A DNA stretch of 54,782 nucleotides from Octopus bimaculoides (GCF_001194135.2 NC_068996.1:23903867-23958648), one strand, 5' to 3'. Numbered from the stretch's first letter, positions 27,334 to 37,730 are shown. The notes: generated by a model from the sequence alone, not told the origin. Numbers and translations: made by a program.

Positions 27334-28347
27334 TTAAGCACTTGATCCATCTGACTCAATAAGTCTCCTAGTCTGAGAGGTGGAACCAATCTTGCTCTCT
27401 CCATGAGCACATTTACAACCTCTGCTGGTACAACCATTATAACAGGCTGTGCAACACACCAGAGCACACTGGGCTGGCCAGTATATGCACAGACAAGGTA
27501 AACATAATGATAATAGCGCCATACAAGCCCAGCGCTTCAAGCATTGTGGTCGCTCGCAACCTGCGCATGGCTCATCAGAACACATTCCATCCATAGAATC
27601 CTGTTGGTAGTCCTTTGAATAGTGGTAAAAAATTCCTTTAACACAACACACACATGTGCACATATTCACAGCAGATTTGGCACTGATCTCAAATTTTTTG
27701 CCACAGAGCCACCAGGACGGAAGTTCCCGGTTCTCTCGACATGCAGCGCATTTACATTTTCCACATCTGCTGCATATAACAGAGTCTCCATGAATGGCGC
27801 CATCAGGGTTCTCCAATTCAATGGGTGTGTTTATATTAACTTTTTTCAAGTTCTGATTTGAAATTGGTTGTTTTAATACAACATTGTTTACTATAGGCCT
27901 TGTTGTCTGCCTGCTACCAGCAAAACCAGTAATATTTGCACTGCCTCCAGTACTACCACTGGTCACTCTAATATTCACACCACTTGAAGTGCTATTGCTA
28001 TTTGAGCTATTTGTAAATCTCTGTGGCTGTGGTGAGTGACTTTCAGCTACTGCACGAGGCTTTTTATTTTGTAACGGTTTTACAACAGTTACATTGGCAG
28101 GAGCTGTAGACGGTGAAGGAGGTAGTTTGTTTGCCGACAGGGTGGAATCCACATATTCATTTTGTGGTCTTGGCCCAGTTCGCAAGTGTGTCAAACTGAT
28201 GAACTCTCTGTTAGGGATGCTTGCTGTTGGGGTTTGGTGTACATGGTCAAGCAAGCCATTACCAGGCCTTGCTGTAACATGGGAAGAGGAAGATGTGCTG
28301 TTGTTCTGGTTGGTTATCCGCTGACCAGATCCAGATGAAGCCATCAT
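27334..28347 (-). CDS. spry: Sprouty family RTK/ERK feedback inhibitor, single coding exon, 337 aa from the first ATG
   Basis: ISLTHLRTGPRPQNEYVD matches the Sprouty NxY Cbl-binding motif (human SPRY2 LSLDQIRAIRNTNEYTE). VLKQP matches IRVQP. Cys-rich SPR domain: CSRCGKCKC...CTCVCCVKGIFYH...RWACMALLSLCLPCLCIYWP...GCKC. TAA at 27334-27336. The ORF-track TTG start at 28371 lies inside the splice acceptor; the first ATG is 28347. Confidence 0.96.
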   Translation of the reverse strand: MMASSGSGQRITNQNNSTSSSSHVTARPGNGLLDHVHQTPTASIPNREFISLTHLRTGPRPQNEYVDSTLSANKLPPSPSTAPANVTVVKPLQNKKPRAVAESHSPQPQRFTNSSNSNSTSSGVNIRVTSGSTGGSANITGFAGSRQTTRPIVNNVVLKQPISNQNLKKVNINTPIELENPDGAIHGDSVICSRCGKCKCAACRENRELPSWWLCGKKFEISAKSAVNMCTCVCCVKGIFYHYSKDYQQDSMDGMCSDEPCAGCERPQCLKRWACMALLSLCLPCLCIYWPAQCALVCCTACYNGCTSRGCKCAHGESKIGSTSQTRRLIESDGSSA

Positions 28348-28359
28348 GGAAGAATTTGA

Positions 28360-28385
28360 CTGCAAATACAAGAAAATAAAAACAC
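28360..28385 (-). promoter_or_regulatory. 3' splice acceptor of the intron preceding the Sprouty coding exon
   Basis: Minus strand reads TTTATTTTCTTGTATTTGCAG|TCAAATTCTTCCATGATG: pyrimidine tract plus CAG, with the exon starting at 28359. Confidence 0.8.
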
Positions 28386-28454
28386 ATTAAAATACCTGTT
28401 ATAATTATAGTGCTAACATGTCATCGTCATCATCATCATAATAATAACAACAAT

Positions 28455-28665
28455 AACAAATTATTTCTAAACTTTTAGCATAGGGCCAGTATTTTTGAGG
28501 GGAAGGGTAAGTTAATCAAACTGACTGGTACATTTTTTTTATCTACCTCAAAAGGATGAAGGCCAAAGTTGACCCTGGCAGAATTTGAACTTGGAATGTG
28601 ATAAGCCAGAAGAAATACTGCAAAGCATTTTCCCAACATTCTAACAATTCTGCCAGTTTGCCATC
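28455..28665 (-). mobile_element. Family A SINE about 100 nt upstream of the Sprouty acceptor
   Basis: aaaggatgaaggccaaagttgaccctggcagaatttgaactt. Confidence 0.8.
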
Positions 28666-28933
28666 ACCTTTATCATTACAAAAGTAAACAATAATTAATG
28701 AAACTAACAGAAAGAAATAGCTTAAAGGTTTACTAGAATGAACATCAGGTTGTTTATATAAACATCATATAAAGTCATATCATACAACACTAACAACACA
28801 AAATGTTTAATTTTTGCATTCCTGTCCAACCTGTTTGAGTTTGCTTCCCAATCACATAGTTTGGAGTTCAGTCCTATTCCATGGCACCTTAACAAGTGTC
28901 TTCTAATACAGCCTCAGGCCAACCGGAAAAATA

Positions 28934-29153
28934 TCATCATCGTTTAACATCCACCCTCCATGCTAGCATGGGTGGGATGGTTTGACAGGAGCTGCCAGGC
29001 AGAAACCTGCACCAGAAATTCTATGACTGTTTTGGCAGGATTTTTACAGCTGGATGCCCTTCCTAATACCAACCACTCAGCAGATATATATATATATATA
29101 TATATACCATCCCACCCATGCCAGCATGGAAGGCAGACGTTAAATAATGATGA
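28934..29153. repeat. Inverted pair of family C (RTE-tailed) SINE 3' ends
   Basis: 28943-28980 and 29107-29144 are reverse complements at 33/38 positions. Confidence 0.92.
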
Positions 29154-29174
29154 TGACACACACAGATATATATA

Positions 29175-29387
29175 TACTCTTTTACTTGTTTCAGTCTTTT
29201 GACTGTGGCCATGCTGGAGCACTGCCTTTAGTCGAGCAAATTGACCCCAGGACTTATTCTTTGTAAGCCTAGTACTTATTCTATCGGTCTCTTTTTCCCG
29301 AACTGCTAAGTTACGGGGGACGTAAACACACCAGCATCGGTTGTCAAGCGATGTTGGGGGGACAAACACAGACACACAAACATATAC

Positions 29388-29400
<13 letters not shown>
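29175..29400 (-). mobile_element. Family B SINE 3' half, young, running into the gap
   Basis: cttttacttgtttcagtc...cggggga cgtaaacacaccagcatcggttgtcaagcg with CpGs intact. Confidence 0.85.
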
Positions 29401-29424
<24 letters not shown>

Positions 29425-30124
29425 NNNNNNNNNNNNNNNNNNNNNNNNNNNNNNNNNNNNNNNNNNNNNNNNNNNNNNNNNNNNNNNNNNNNNNNNNNNN
29501 NNNNNNNNNNNNNNNNNNNNNNNNNNNNNNNNNNNNNNNNNNNNNNNNNNNNNNNNNNNNNNNNNNNNNNNNNNNNNNNNNNNNNNNNNNNNNNNNNNNN
29601 NNNNNNNNNNNNNNNNNNNNNNNNNNNNNNNNNNNNNNNNNNNNNNNNNNNNNNNNNNNNNNNNNNNNNNNNNNNNNNNNNNNNNNNNNNNNNNNNNNNN
29701 NNNNNNNNNNNNNNNNNNNNNNNNNNNNNNNNNNNNNNNNNNNNNNNNNNNNNNNNNNNNNNNNNNNNNNNNNNNNNNNNNNNNNNNNNNNNNNNNNNNN
29801 NNNNNNNNNNNNNNNNNNNNNNNNNNNNNNNNNNNNNNNNNNNNNNNNNNNNNNNNNNNNNNNNNNNNNNNNNNNNNNNNNNNNNNNNNNNNNNNNNNNN
29901 NNNNNNNNNNNNNNNNNNNNNNNNNNNNNNNNNNNNNNNNNNNNNNNNNNNNNNNNNNNNNNNNNNNNNNNNNNNNNNNNNNNNNNNNNNNNNNNNCTAA
30001 CATGTCATTCTGAAAACAAACTATCCCGTCTTCATTATCTTGAAGTTTTGCAACAATGTATGATTAATTTCAAAACAATGGGAATAAATTAGCCTTACAC
30101 TTGACAGAATAATCTGAATGTTAA

Positions 30125-30344
30125 CCCTTTCGTTACTGTATTTATTTTGAGATGCTCTGTGTTTCTTTCAATTACTTTAAATATAACAAAGAATTTAGCA
30201 AAATAACTTAGTTATCATTCAGCTAGTGTTAGGAACATTAATTGTGACTAAGGTTTGGTGGAAGATTTTAATTCAAAACTTATCAAAACAAGACATTTGT
30301 ACTCAAAGCCAGAGCCGGTTTCAGCCGGGTTGGTAATGAAAGGG
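30125..30344. mobile_element. piggyBac-type MITE with TTAA TSDs, nested in the terminus of an older MITE
   Basis: TTAA at 30121-30124 and 30345-30348; TIR CCCTTTCGTTAC / CCCTTTCATTAC. Confidence 0.9.
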
Positions 30345-31267
30345 TTAAGGAAGGGTTATGCAAACCCAAAGGTAGTCTGTCCTCTACATGCTTGCTTAGT
30401 ATGCTAGAAATAGTAAGGATTATGTTGGTTATATTTCAATGCCTATAATATACCTAACAGTCATACCAACAAATTCATTCTAATTTCACCTCCATCCAAC
30501 TATGTTGGTGTAGCCCTTTTAAACTGCCACTGCCACTACCACTCATTCAACTCCTACTAACTTGAAATTGTATTCAAATTAGGGCAAGGGGAAGCTAGGA
30601 TGAAATCAATTTTATCTTGGCTCCTATGATTTCAGATTACCTTTTCAAATCCTGCCCCAAATGTTTGTTGCTTTGGTAGCAAATAAAAAATGTTTTCTGT
30701 GTGTTAATGTGTGTGTGTATGTATACGTATTAGGTACACCATCACTATCATCATCATCATTTAACATCTGTAGTCCATACTGGCATACTGGAGAGCTGCT
30801 CTAGTCTGATTTGGCACATTTTCTATAGCTGGAAGCCCTTCCTAATGCCAGCCACTTCACAGAATATACTGTGGTGCTTTCACGTGGCACCAGCATAAGT
30901 GCTTTTTACATGGCACCGGCACAATATTCTTGCAAGCCAAGGAGGAGTGGCATTAACACTTACTCCACTTCTGCTGCTGAGTACAGGCCTTCTTGAGTAC
31001 ATATGTGTAAATCACAGAGATAGTTCTGAGCATCCACTTTCTTGGTTAAAGTTGAAAAAGTCACATTTTGTTTGATATACCTGCTCACTATTTATAAATA
31101 AGAAGTTAAGTAGGTATCCTGAGTAAAACACTGAAACCGAAGACTGGTCTTTGGAACTAAACAAGGTGTTTAGTATACTTGTAAATTAGCTTAACTTAGC
31201 AGCATTTTAATATCTGATCATTTGTAATTCCTTCTTTACAATCTGCCAAGCAGATATTTTACTTACT

Positions 31268-31503
31268 TAAGGCGGCGAGCTGGCAGAAACGTTAGCATGC
31301 TGGGCGAAATGTTTAACGGTATTTTATCTGCCACTACGTTCTGAGTTCAAATTCCGCCGAGGTCGACTTTGCCTTTCATCCTTTCGGGGTCGATTAAATA
31401 AGTACCAGTTACGCACTGGGGTCGATATAAACGACTTAATCCGTTTGTCTGTCCCTGTTTGTCCCCTCTGTGTGTGTAGCCCCTTGCGGGCAGTAAAGAA
31501 ATA
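31268..31503 (+). mobile_element. Young full-length family A-type SINE with a 16-bp TSD
   Basis: AGATATTTTACTTACT at 31252-31267 and 31504-31519. A-box-like TGGCAGAAACGTTAG, B-box GAGTTCAAATTCC, centre GTCGACTTTGCCTTTCATCCTTTCGGGGTCGA. Confidence 0.93.
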
Positions 31504-32404
31504 AGATATTTTACTTACTGCTGACTATACTGACAAAGGTTTATGACATCAATAAGTAAATTGACCTCAGAATAGGACCATTATTCAATAAGTGGGTATT
31601 TTTTGAGCCTTTGAAACTGCTCAAGGTTAAAAGATGCTCTGATAAAGAAGAAACCTAAAGGTTTTTGAAAGGAAATTTGACAAAGTTAAGAAAATTATGG
31701 TTCTGAAGAACATTATTGCCGAGATCTTGATACAAATCCAATTACATTTTGTTCAAAGTACAAATAATTCTTTAAGTTGGTTATTTTATTAGCATAGCCC
31801 TCTCTCTCCCTACCTTCCTCTCGTTCAAGGCAATAATATTTTGTGCTAAGGTACTAAATTTCCAGGTTAGAAAAAAAATCAGGTCACCAGTTAATGAGTG
31901 TAGCACATTAAAGCATGACTGTCAGATCAAAATAAAAGATGTTGCAGAGATAACAGATACTTATGGAACTTCTGTGTTGTTAGGGCGGTTGTAACAGAGG
32001 ATAAGAGGTCAGCAGATAGGCTTAATCCAAGCTTACAGTTAAAATCCCCTTTTAGTTGAAGTGAAATCTTAGGAAAACACAACTAAGCTACAAACTAAAT
32101 CTGCAGGTTACTTGGAAGCTAACATGGCTAATTATTCACAGTGAAACCATTGATAGATTTCTGAATTATATCAACATTGATAAGGTCACTCTGACCAAAC
32201 AGGGTATGCAAAAATTTGATTTGTGAAGCCCACAAAGGAGATTCTATATCAGTTTCATTATCAATATTTTTACATCCATAAGAAAGGGTATCCAGCCATA
32301 GAAACCATGCCAAGGCAAACATAAGAGCTTGGTACAGTTATCCAGCTCACCAGCTCCTGTCAAACAGTTAAAACAATGCCAGCATGGAAAATGGATGTTA
32401 AATA

Positions 32405-32945
32405 ATGATTTTTTTTCATGCATGCATGGGTTGAATGGGTCTTCTCTCACACAGTATCTTGTCACTTGTTGCATTCTTTAGTCATCTCTTCTGTGTGGGT
32501 CAACACCCCAAGATTAGCCAACACCACTTTTGTTCAAGTTTCCCTTTATCTTCCACTGCCATACTATCCTTCCGAATGAATCTCCTGACACTTATTCACC
32601 CATCTGTTAACATCAACCATACACATTATATGTATATATCTAACCAGCATACCTATCTTTTGTCTCTACTCATCTGTGCCCCAACACTCCATAATTTATG
32701 ATCACTGGCACTTTACATTCAGCAGATCATGCTTGCTTCATTCTTTCCCAACCTTTACATGTCTTCTGCATTCAAGTACCTACATCCCACTTACAATGCA
32801 GCATTGTAGTTTGTACACATGCATCATACAATCTAATCTTCACTTGGAAACAGAAAGCCTCCATCTTAGCCAATAGAGGTAATAAGCTCCCTGACCTTTT
32901 CTCATTTTAGTCTAATTCTGATCACAGTCTTTTCAGAAAGAAGAT
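32405..32945 (-). pseudogene. Decayed 3' fragment of an RTE-clade LINE ORF (RT C-terminal region) plus tail
   Basis: Hand translation across stops and frameshifts: RIRLK*EKVREL/LPLLAK..VKIRLYDACVQTTMLH..NAEDM*RLGKNEASM...HIMCMVDVNRWVNKC..EG*YGSGR*RET*..TEEMTKE..EKT. It ends in CAACCCATGCATGCATG, a typical RTE C-terminus and tail. Confidence 0.8.
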
Positions 32946-33248
32946 ATAACTTTTCACAACAATGGGTAGCACTGGATCGAAGTGGAGTAAAATCTTAAAA
33001 ATATCATTTCTTCTAAATATAAGGTGACACAAAATGAAGAATTTACATGGCCCTGCTACAAATAGCAGACAAAAAGTCCCCTTTCAAATGACACCCCCAC
33101 CATCTTAGGACATATCAGATCATGTAGTCTTACATAACTCTAAAAATAAATGGAATGATCATGGCTGGAATGCTGTAAATCATGGGTCTGTGTGGGAAGA
33201 CTAAGGGAGGAATGGTATGTGTGTGCATGTGTGTGTGTGTGTGCATGC

Positions 33249-33282
<34 letters not shown>

Positions 33283-33687
33283 TATACACATACATATGTG
33301 GATGTGCTTTTATGCATGTTTGTGTGTGCATGTGTGTATACACACACATTAATATAAATGTGTATGTGTGTGTGTGTGGGGGGGATCCGGACCTTTATCC
33401 TCCTGCACAGATAGCAGCAGCACCAAACACACTTGTCCAATGAGTCCACAACTGTACTAGCTCATCCAATGGAAACCATACATAGCTGCCAGAAATCCCC
33501 CAAAGACCATTGTCTGTCAACAGGTGGAACTACCAAATGGAAGTGACACTGTACACAGTAACGAATGGCAACCGTAATGCACAAAACAATGATTTAACCT
33601 TTCCTTAAGTAAAAACTAATACTCCTTACAATTCCAGACCCAACTGCAAACTAGAGATTATTTTCTCAAAATTTCACCATATTTTGT

Positions 33688-33727
<40 letters not shown>

Positions 33728-33753
33728 TGTGTATAATACATATATCCTTATAA

Positions 33754-34227
33754 TCATCATCATTTAATGTCCATTTTTCATGCTGACATAGGTCAGATGG
33801 TTTGATGGGAGCTGACCAGCCAGAGAGCTGCCCAGGCTCCAATTGTCTGTCATGGTATGGTTTCTGTGGATGGATTTCCTTTATAATGCCAACCACTTTA
33901 CAGTGTACAATAGTGCTTTTTATGTGCCACCATCACATGGTATTGGCACAAGTACTTTGTATATGGCAATGGCATGTATATATTCCCCTTCCCTCCCAAA
34001 AGAGTTTCCTTTCATTGTCTTGCAAGTACTTGGTGACCCTGTCAGCGCAGGTGCCACTCAAAAGCACCCAGTCCACACTGTAAAGCGGTTGGTGTTTGGA
34101 AGGGCATCCAGCTGTAAAAACCCTGCCAAAACAGTTACAGAAGCCTGGTGCAGGCTTCTGCCTGGCTGGCTCTTGTCAAACCATCCCACTCATGCCAGCA
34201 TGGAAGGCAAACATTAAATGATAATGA
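33754..34227. mobile_element. Head-to-head (tails-out) pair of family C SINEs forming a foldback
   Basis: The left arm catcatcatttaatgtcc...aatgccaaccactttacagtg mirrors the right arm cactgtaaagcggttggtg...catgccagcatggaaggcaaacattaaatgat. Confidence 0.85.
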
Positions 34228-35509
34228 TCATGATCATTATCTATCGATCTACATACACACACGCATATATATATATATATAAATAGTAAATGAGTATATG
34301 CATATATACGTACAGGTATGTGCATACCGACATCCACCTGTATGTATAGGTGCATATCTGGGTACAGGACATTGCAAACAAAACGTAGACGAGAAAACAC
34401 ACAAGCCACATAGAGGACATTCTCCTTCATCAGCTACCCCCATTTTAACACCGGCGTTTCGAAGAGCTGGGCAGGACACATCGCTAAAACGGCTCTTCCC
34501 ATGGACCGCAAATTAAATTTGTATACACAAATTAAACCTTGCCATGGAGGAATGTAGTGGCGGACAAAAAAACAAGACAGGAAAACAAACAGAAAAGGCT
34601 ATACGGCCAGACAAGAAAAATTATATTTTTCACAAGTTATAAGGTGAAGGTGTGGTGGGGAATGCCCACGACCATCACAACTTCCATTTCACCCACTTCT
34701 GAAGAGAGTCCAATGGATATCTTTGTCATACACGACTGAAGAAATAACAGCCTTTTTGTTTTTTTGGTAGCAGTGCTGCTGGTCATGATGAGGTAGAGAC
34801 AGGAATGGACAGAGGGGTGAATGGGTGAGTGGGTGACAGGCATATAGTAATTTTCTATTTTTTTTGTTTGTTTAACTATTGTAAAGTTGACCCATTCCCA
34901 CTTCACCTGATTATCTTTCAAGGAACAGATAGCAATAAATGACATTTTTAAATGTTACAATAGATTATATCTTCACAGTAGGATGGCACCTGAGTGGTTA
35001 AATACCTGTAGAGTATAAGCACTATTATAAATTGAATGAAAAGGTAAGGCAGTGTTGCTGAAGAGTATAAAACAGCTTTTACAGATGAGTGATTCAGGAG
35101 GGGGGAGGGAGAAAAAGAAAAGAAAAAGATGAGAAAAAAGGAGAAAAATGAAATGAAATAAAATAATACTAAAAAAAAAAAGAAGAAAAAATTCCTGATT
35201 CAGCAATCCATGGAAGAGTAAATATGTTAAAAAGAAATTATATAAATAAAAAAAAAAAACAACAAAAAGGTGTCTAGCAAGCTAATTTTGCTGACATGTT
35301 AATCATTGAAAACCATGTGGTACTGAAATATATTGTTTGTGGAAGAGGGGGCGAGTGGGGTGGAGAAAAAGTGAAAAAAAAAAAGCAAACCCCAAAACAA
35401 CAACACTGTCTCACACACACACACACAATCAAACCAAAAACAAGTGCAGGGTAACATTTAAAAATTAAAACTACCAGTGTTTACCAATTCTGAGAATTTG
35501 TTGTCACAT

Positions 35510-35807
35510 CTTACTTACCCTTTTAAAGCCTAGCTAGGCTCATGGGCCCGGTTTCCATGGCGTATGTCCCCCCCTCCCCCAGCTGGACGGGACGCCAGTC
35601 CATCGCAGCTTTATTCAAGAAACAGGAAGAAAGAGAGAAAGTTGGGGCAAAAGAGTACAACAGGGGTCGCTACCACCCCCTGCCAGAGCCTCGTGGAGCT
35701 TAGGTGTTTCGCTCAATAAACACACACAACGCCCGCTCTGGAAATCGAAACCGTGATCCTCTGATTGCGAATCCACTGCCCTAACCACTGAGCTATTGCG
35801 CCTCCAC
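35510..35807 (-). mobile_element. Full-length tRNA-derived SINE with a V-domain-like segment and 10-bp TSD
   Basis: GTTGTCACAT at 35500-35509 and 35808-35817. Head GTGGAGGCGCAATAGCTCAGTGGTTAGGGCAG...GGTTTCGATTTCC (A and B boxes); CTGCGATGGACTGGCGTCCCGTCCAG near the 3' end. Confidence 0.92.
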
Positions 35808-36894
35808 GTTGTCACATAAGTATGATAAAATAAATCTGCAAGACATTTGGAACCCTAGCAGAGTTAGATTACAATAAAATTTGGGGAGGGGGCCTAATCC
35901 CTTTTCTTTCTCTCTCCAATTTTCTTACATTTTTTTAAAAAAAATAACTTTTTCCTTCCCCATCAGTCCCAACAGTGTTAAACCTTAAACTGTTCTGATT
36001 GTCGATAATCTATTGTTCCATCTGAAGCATATATAATTAATATATATAATTAGCATAGACACAAAAGTTCCAATGCTTTTGATGTTACATGTTTAGTTAG
36101 AGATAGCAAGCCTTGTTATTAATATTCCATTATAATGTAAATATCACTTCAATCATTTTAAGCAAGGAAAGATATTTCATTCAGTCAAAGTACTCTGTCT
36201 TGTGAGTTACTTGGCAACCTAACCTAGTGCTGTTGCTATGAAAAAATACCTGGTCCATTGTGTTAAGTAGTTGGACTCAGAAAGGGTATCCAGATTTAGA
36301 AAGAATGCCAAAGCAGAATCCAACATAAGAAATGGACATTAAACAATGATGATGGTGATAAAAGATATGTATACCATATTTTCAAAATTAAAATCATGCA
36401 AGATATTTCTCATTCTTAGTTTACCTCCAAGGAATGCTTAAAACTCCTTTTCCTGTGTTTAAATCTTAACAACAATTCTGTACTGATTCTATTATAGAAA
36501 AGAAATGATAGGGGAAGAGATTAAGAGTTTTTCCTCTTTACTTTAATGAGTTCCTCACTTTCTCCTGAATGAATATAAACAAGGTTAATATTTTTGTTCT
36601 AATGTGTATCTCAAGACTGGCTAATTGAACCAATCCCATGTGGTAGTGTGGCATACAAGAAATTAAAGAGTTACGGCAATTTTCCAAATGGGATGGCCAT
36701 GATTAAAACTCCTTAAAACTAAACAACCTGCAACTGTCTTTGCCAGATATCAATGTATCCAACTTAACAAAAGACCAAGTGGGACCATGAAACTGTACTG
36801 ATACAGCCTAAGTCCTTGCTCCCTATCTCAAAGTGCTAAATCAGAACATCCTGTAGATGGTTCAAAATAACTTTGGCAGGTATCTTCCTCACCC

Positions 36895-37285
36895 TCATTG
36901 ACTTGACATTCCATTTTTCCATGCTTGCATGGGTCAGAGAGAATTTGTTGAGATAGATTTTCAACAGCTGGATGCCCTTCCTGTCATCAACACTTGCCTT
37001 TTTTTCAAATAAGGTAGTATTTCCCTATGACCAGACATGTTCCAATGGAACATACAAGAACACCACTTGTATGATGATAACATTTTTTTACAACTATCAC
37101 ATGAAGTCAAGGTAAGAAGACAGTAGCACATGCATACACACACATATTCTTTCAACCCACCCGCAAAACTTTGGCCAGCCCAAGGCTATAGTAGAAGACA
37201 CTTGCCCAAGATGCTACACAGTGGGACTGAACCTGGAACCATGTGTTTGGGAAGCAAACTTCCTATCACAGCTATACCTGTACCT
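36895..37285 (-). mobile_element. Family C-type tail element followed by a family B head
   Basis: gacattccatttttccatgcttgcatggg...gctggatgcccttcc; then agaagacacttgcccaag...gggaagcaaacttcc. Confidence 0.75.
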
Positions 37286-37509
37286 ACAATTATATTTTAT
37301 TTAATTTGATGCAAAAAAACCCAAAAAAAACCCAAGGTAGTTGAAACTGATTACATCTACATTTATACAAAATAATGCTTATCCCTGCATTTACTAAGGA
37401 GGCAAATATTGGCCCAGACAATAATATGGCTGCTGGAAGGGTTTATTTGAATCTATGGGAAATGTAAACAGTAAAAACTGTGTAGACCTGCACAACAGGG
37501 GCTCTCAAG

Positions 37510-37575
<66 letters not shown>

Positions 37576-37654
37576 NNNNNNNNNNNNNNNNNNNNNNNNN
37601 NNNNNNNNNNNNNNNNNNNNNNNNNNNNNNNNNNNNNNNNNNNNNNNNNNNNNN

Positions 37655-37686
<32 letters not shown>

Positions 37687-37730
37687 GAGAGAGAGAGAGG
37701 AAGAGAGAGAGAGAGGAAGAGAGAGAGAGT
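37510..37730. repeat. (GA)n microsatellite spanning a gap
   Basis: Directly visible. Confidence 0.97.

Noticed and set aside
27622-28324. Plus-strand ORFs of 79 and 76 aa overlapping Sprouty
   Set aside because: Antisense shadows of a real CDS with no recognisable motifs.
27334-28347. SPRED identity for the SPR-domain protein
   Set aside because: No EVH1 domain is seen and the Sprouty-specific NEY motif is present.
28348-28371. ORF-track start MYLQSNSS at 28371
   Set aside because: It is a TTG inside the polypyrimidine tract/acceptor; the first ATG is 28347.
35730-35807. tRNA gene
   Set aside because: The tRNA-like sequence is the head of a TSD-flanked SINE and lacks a clean acceptor stem.
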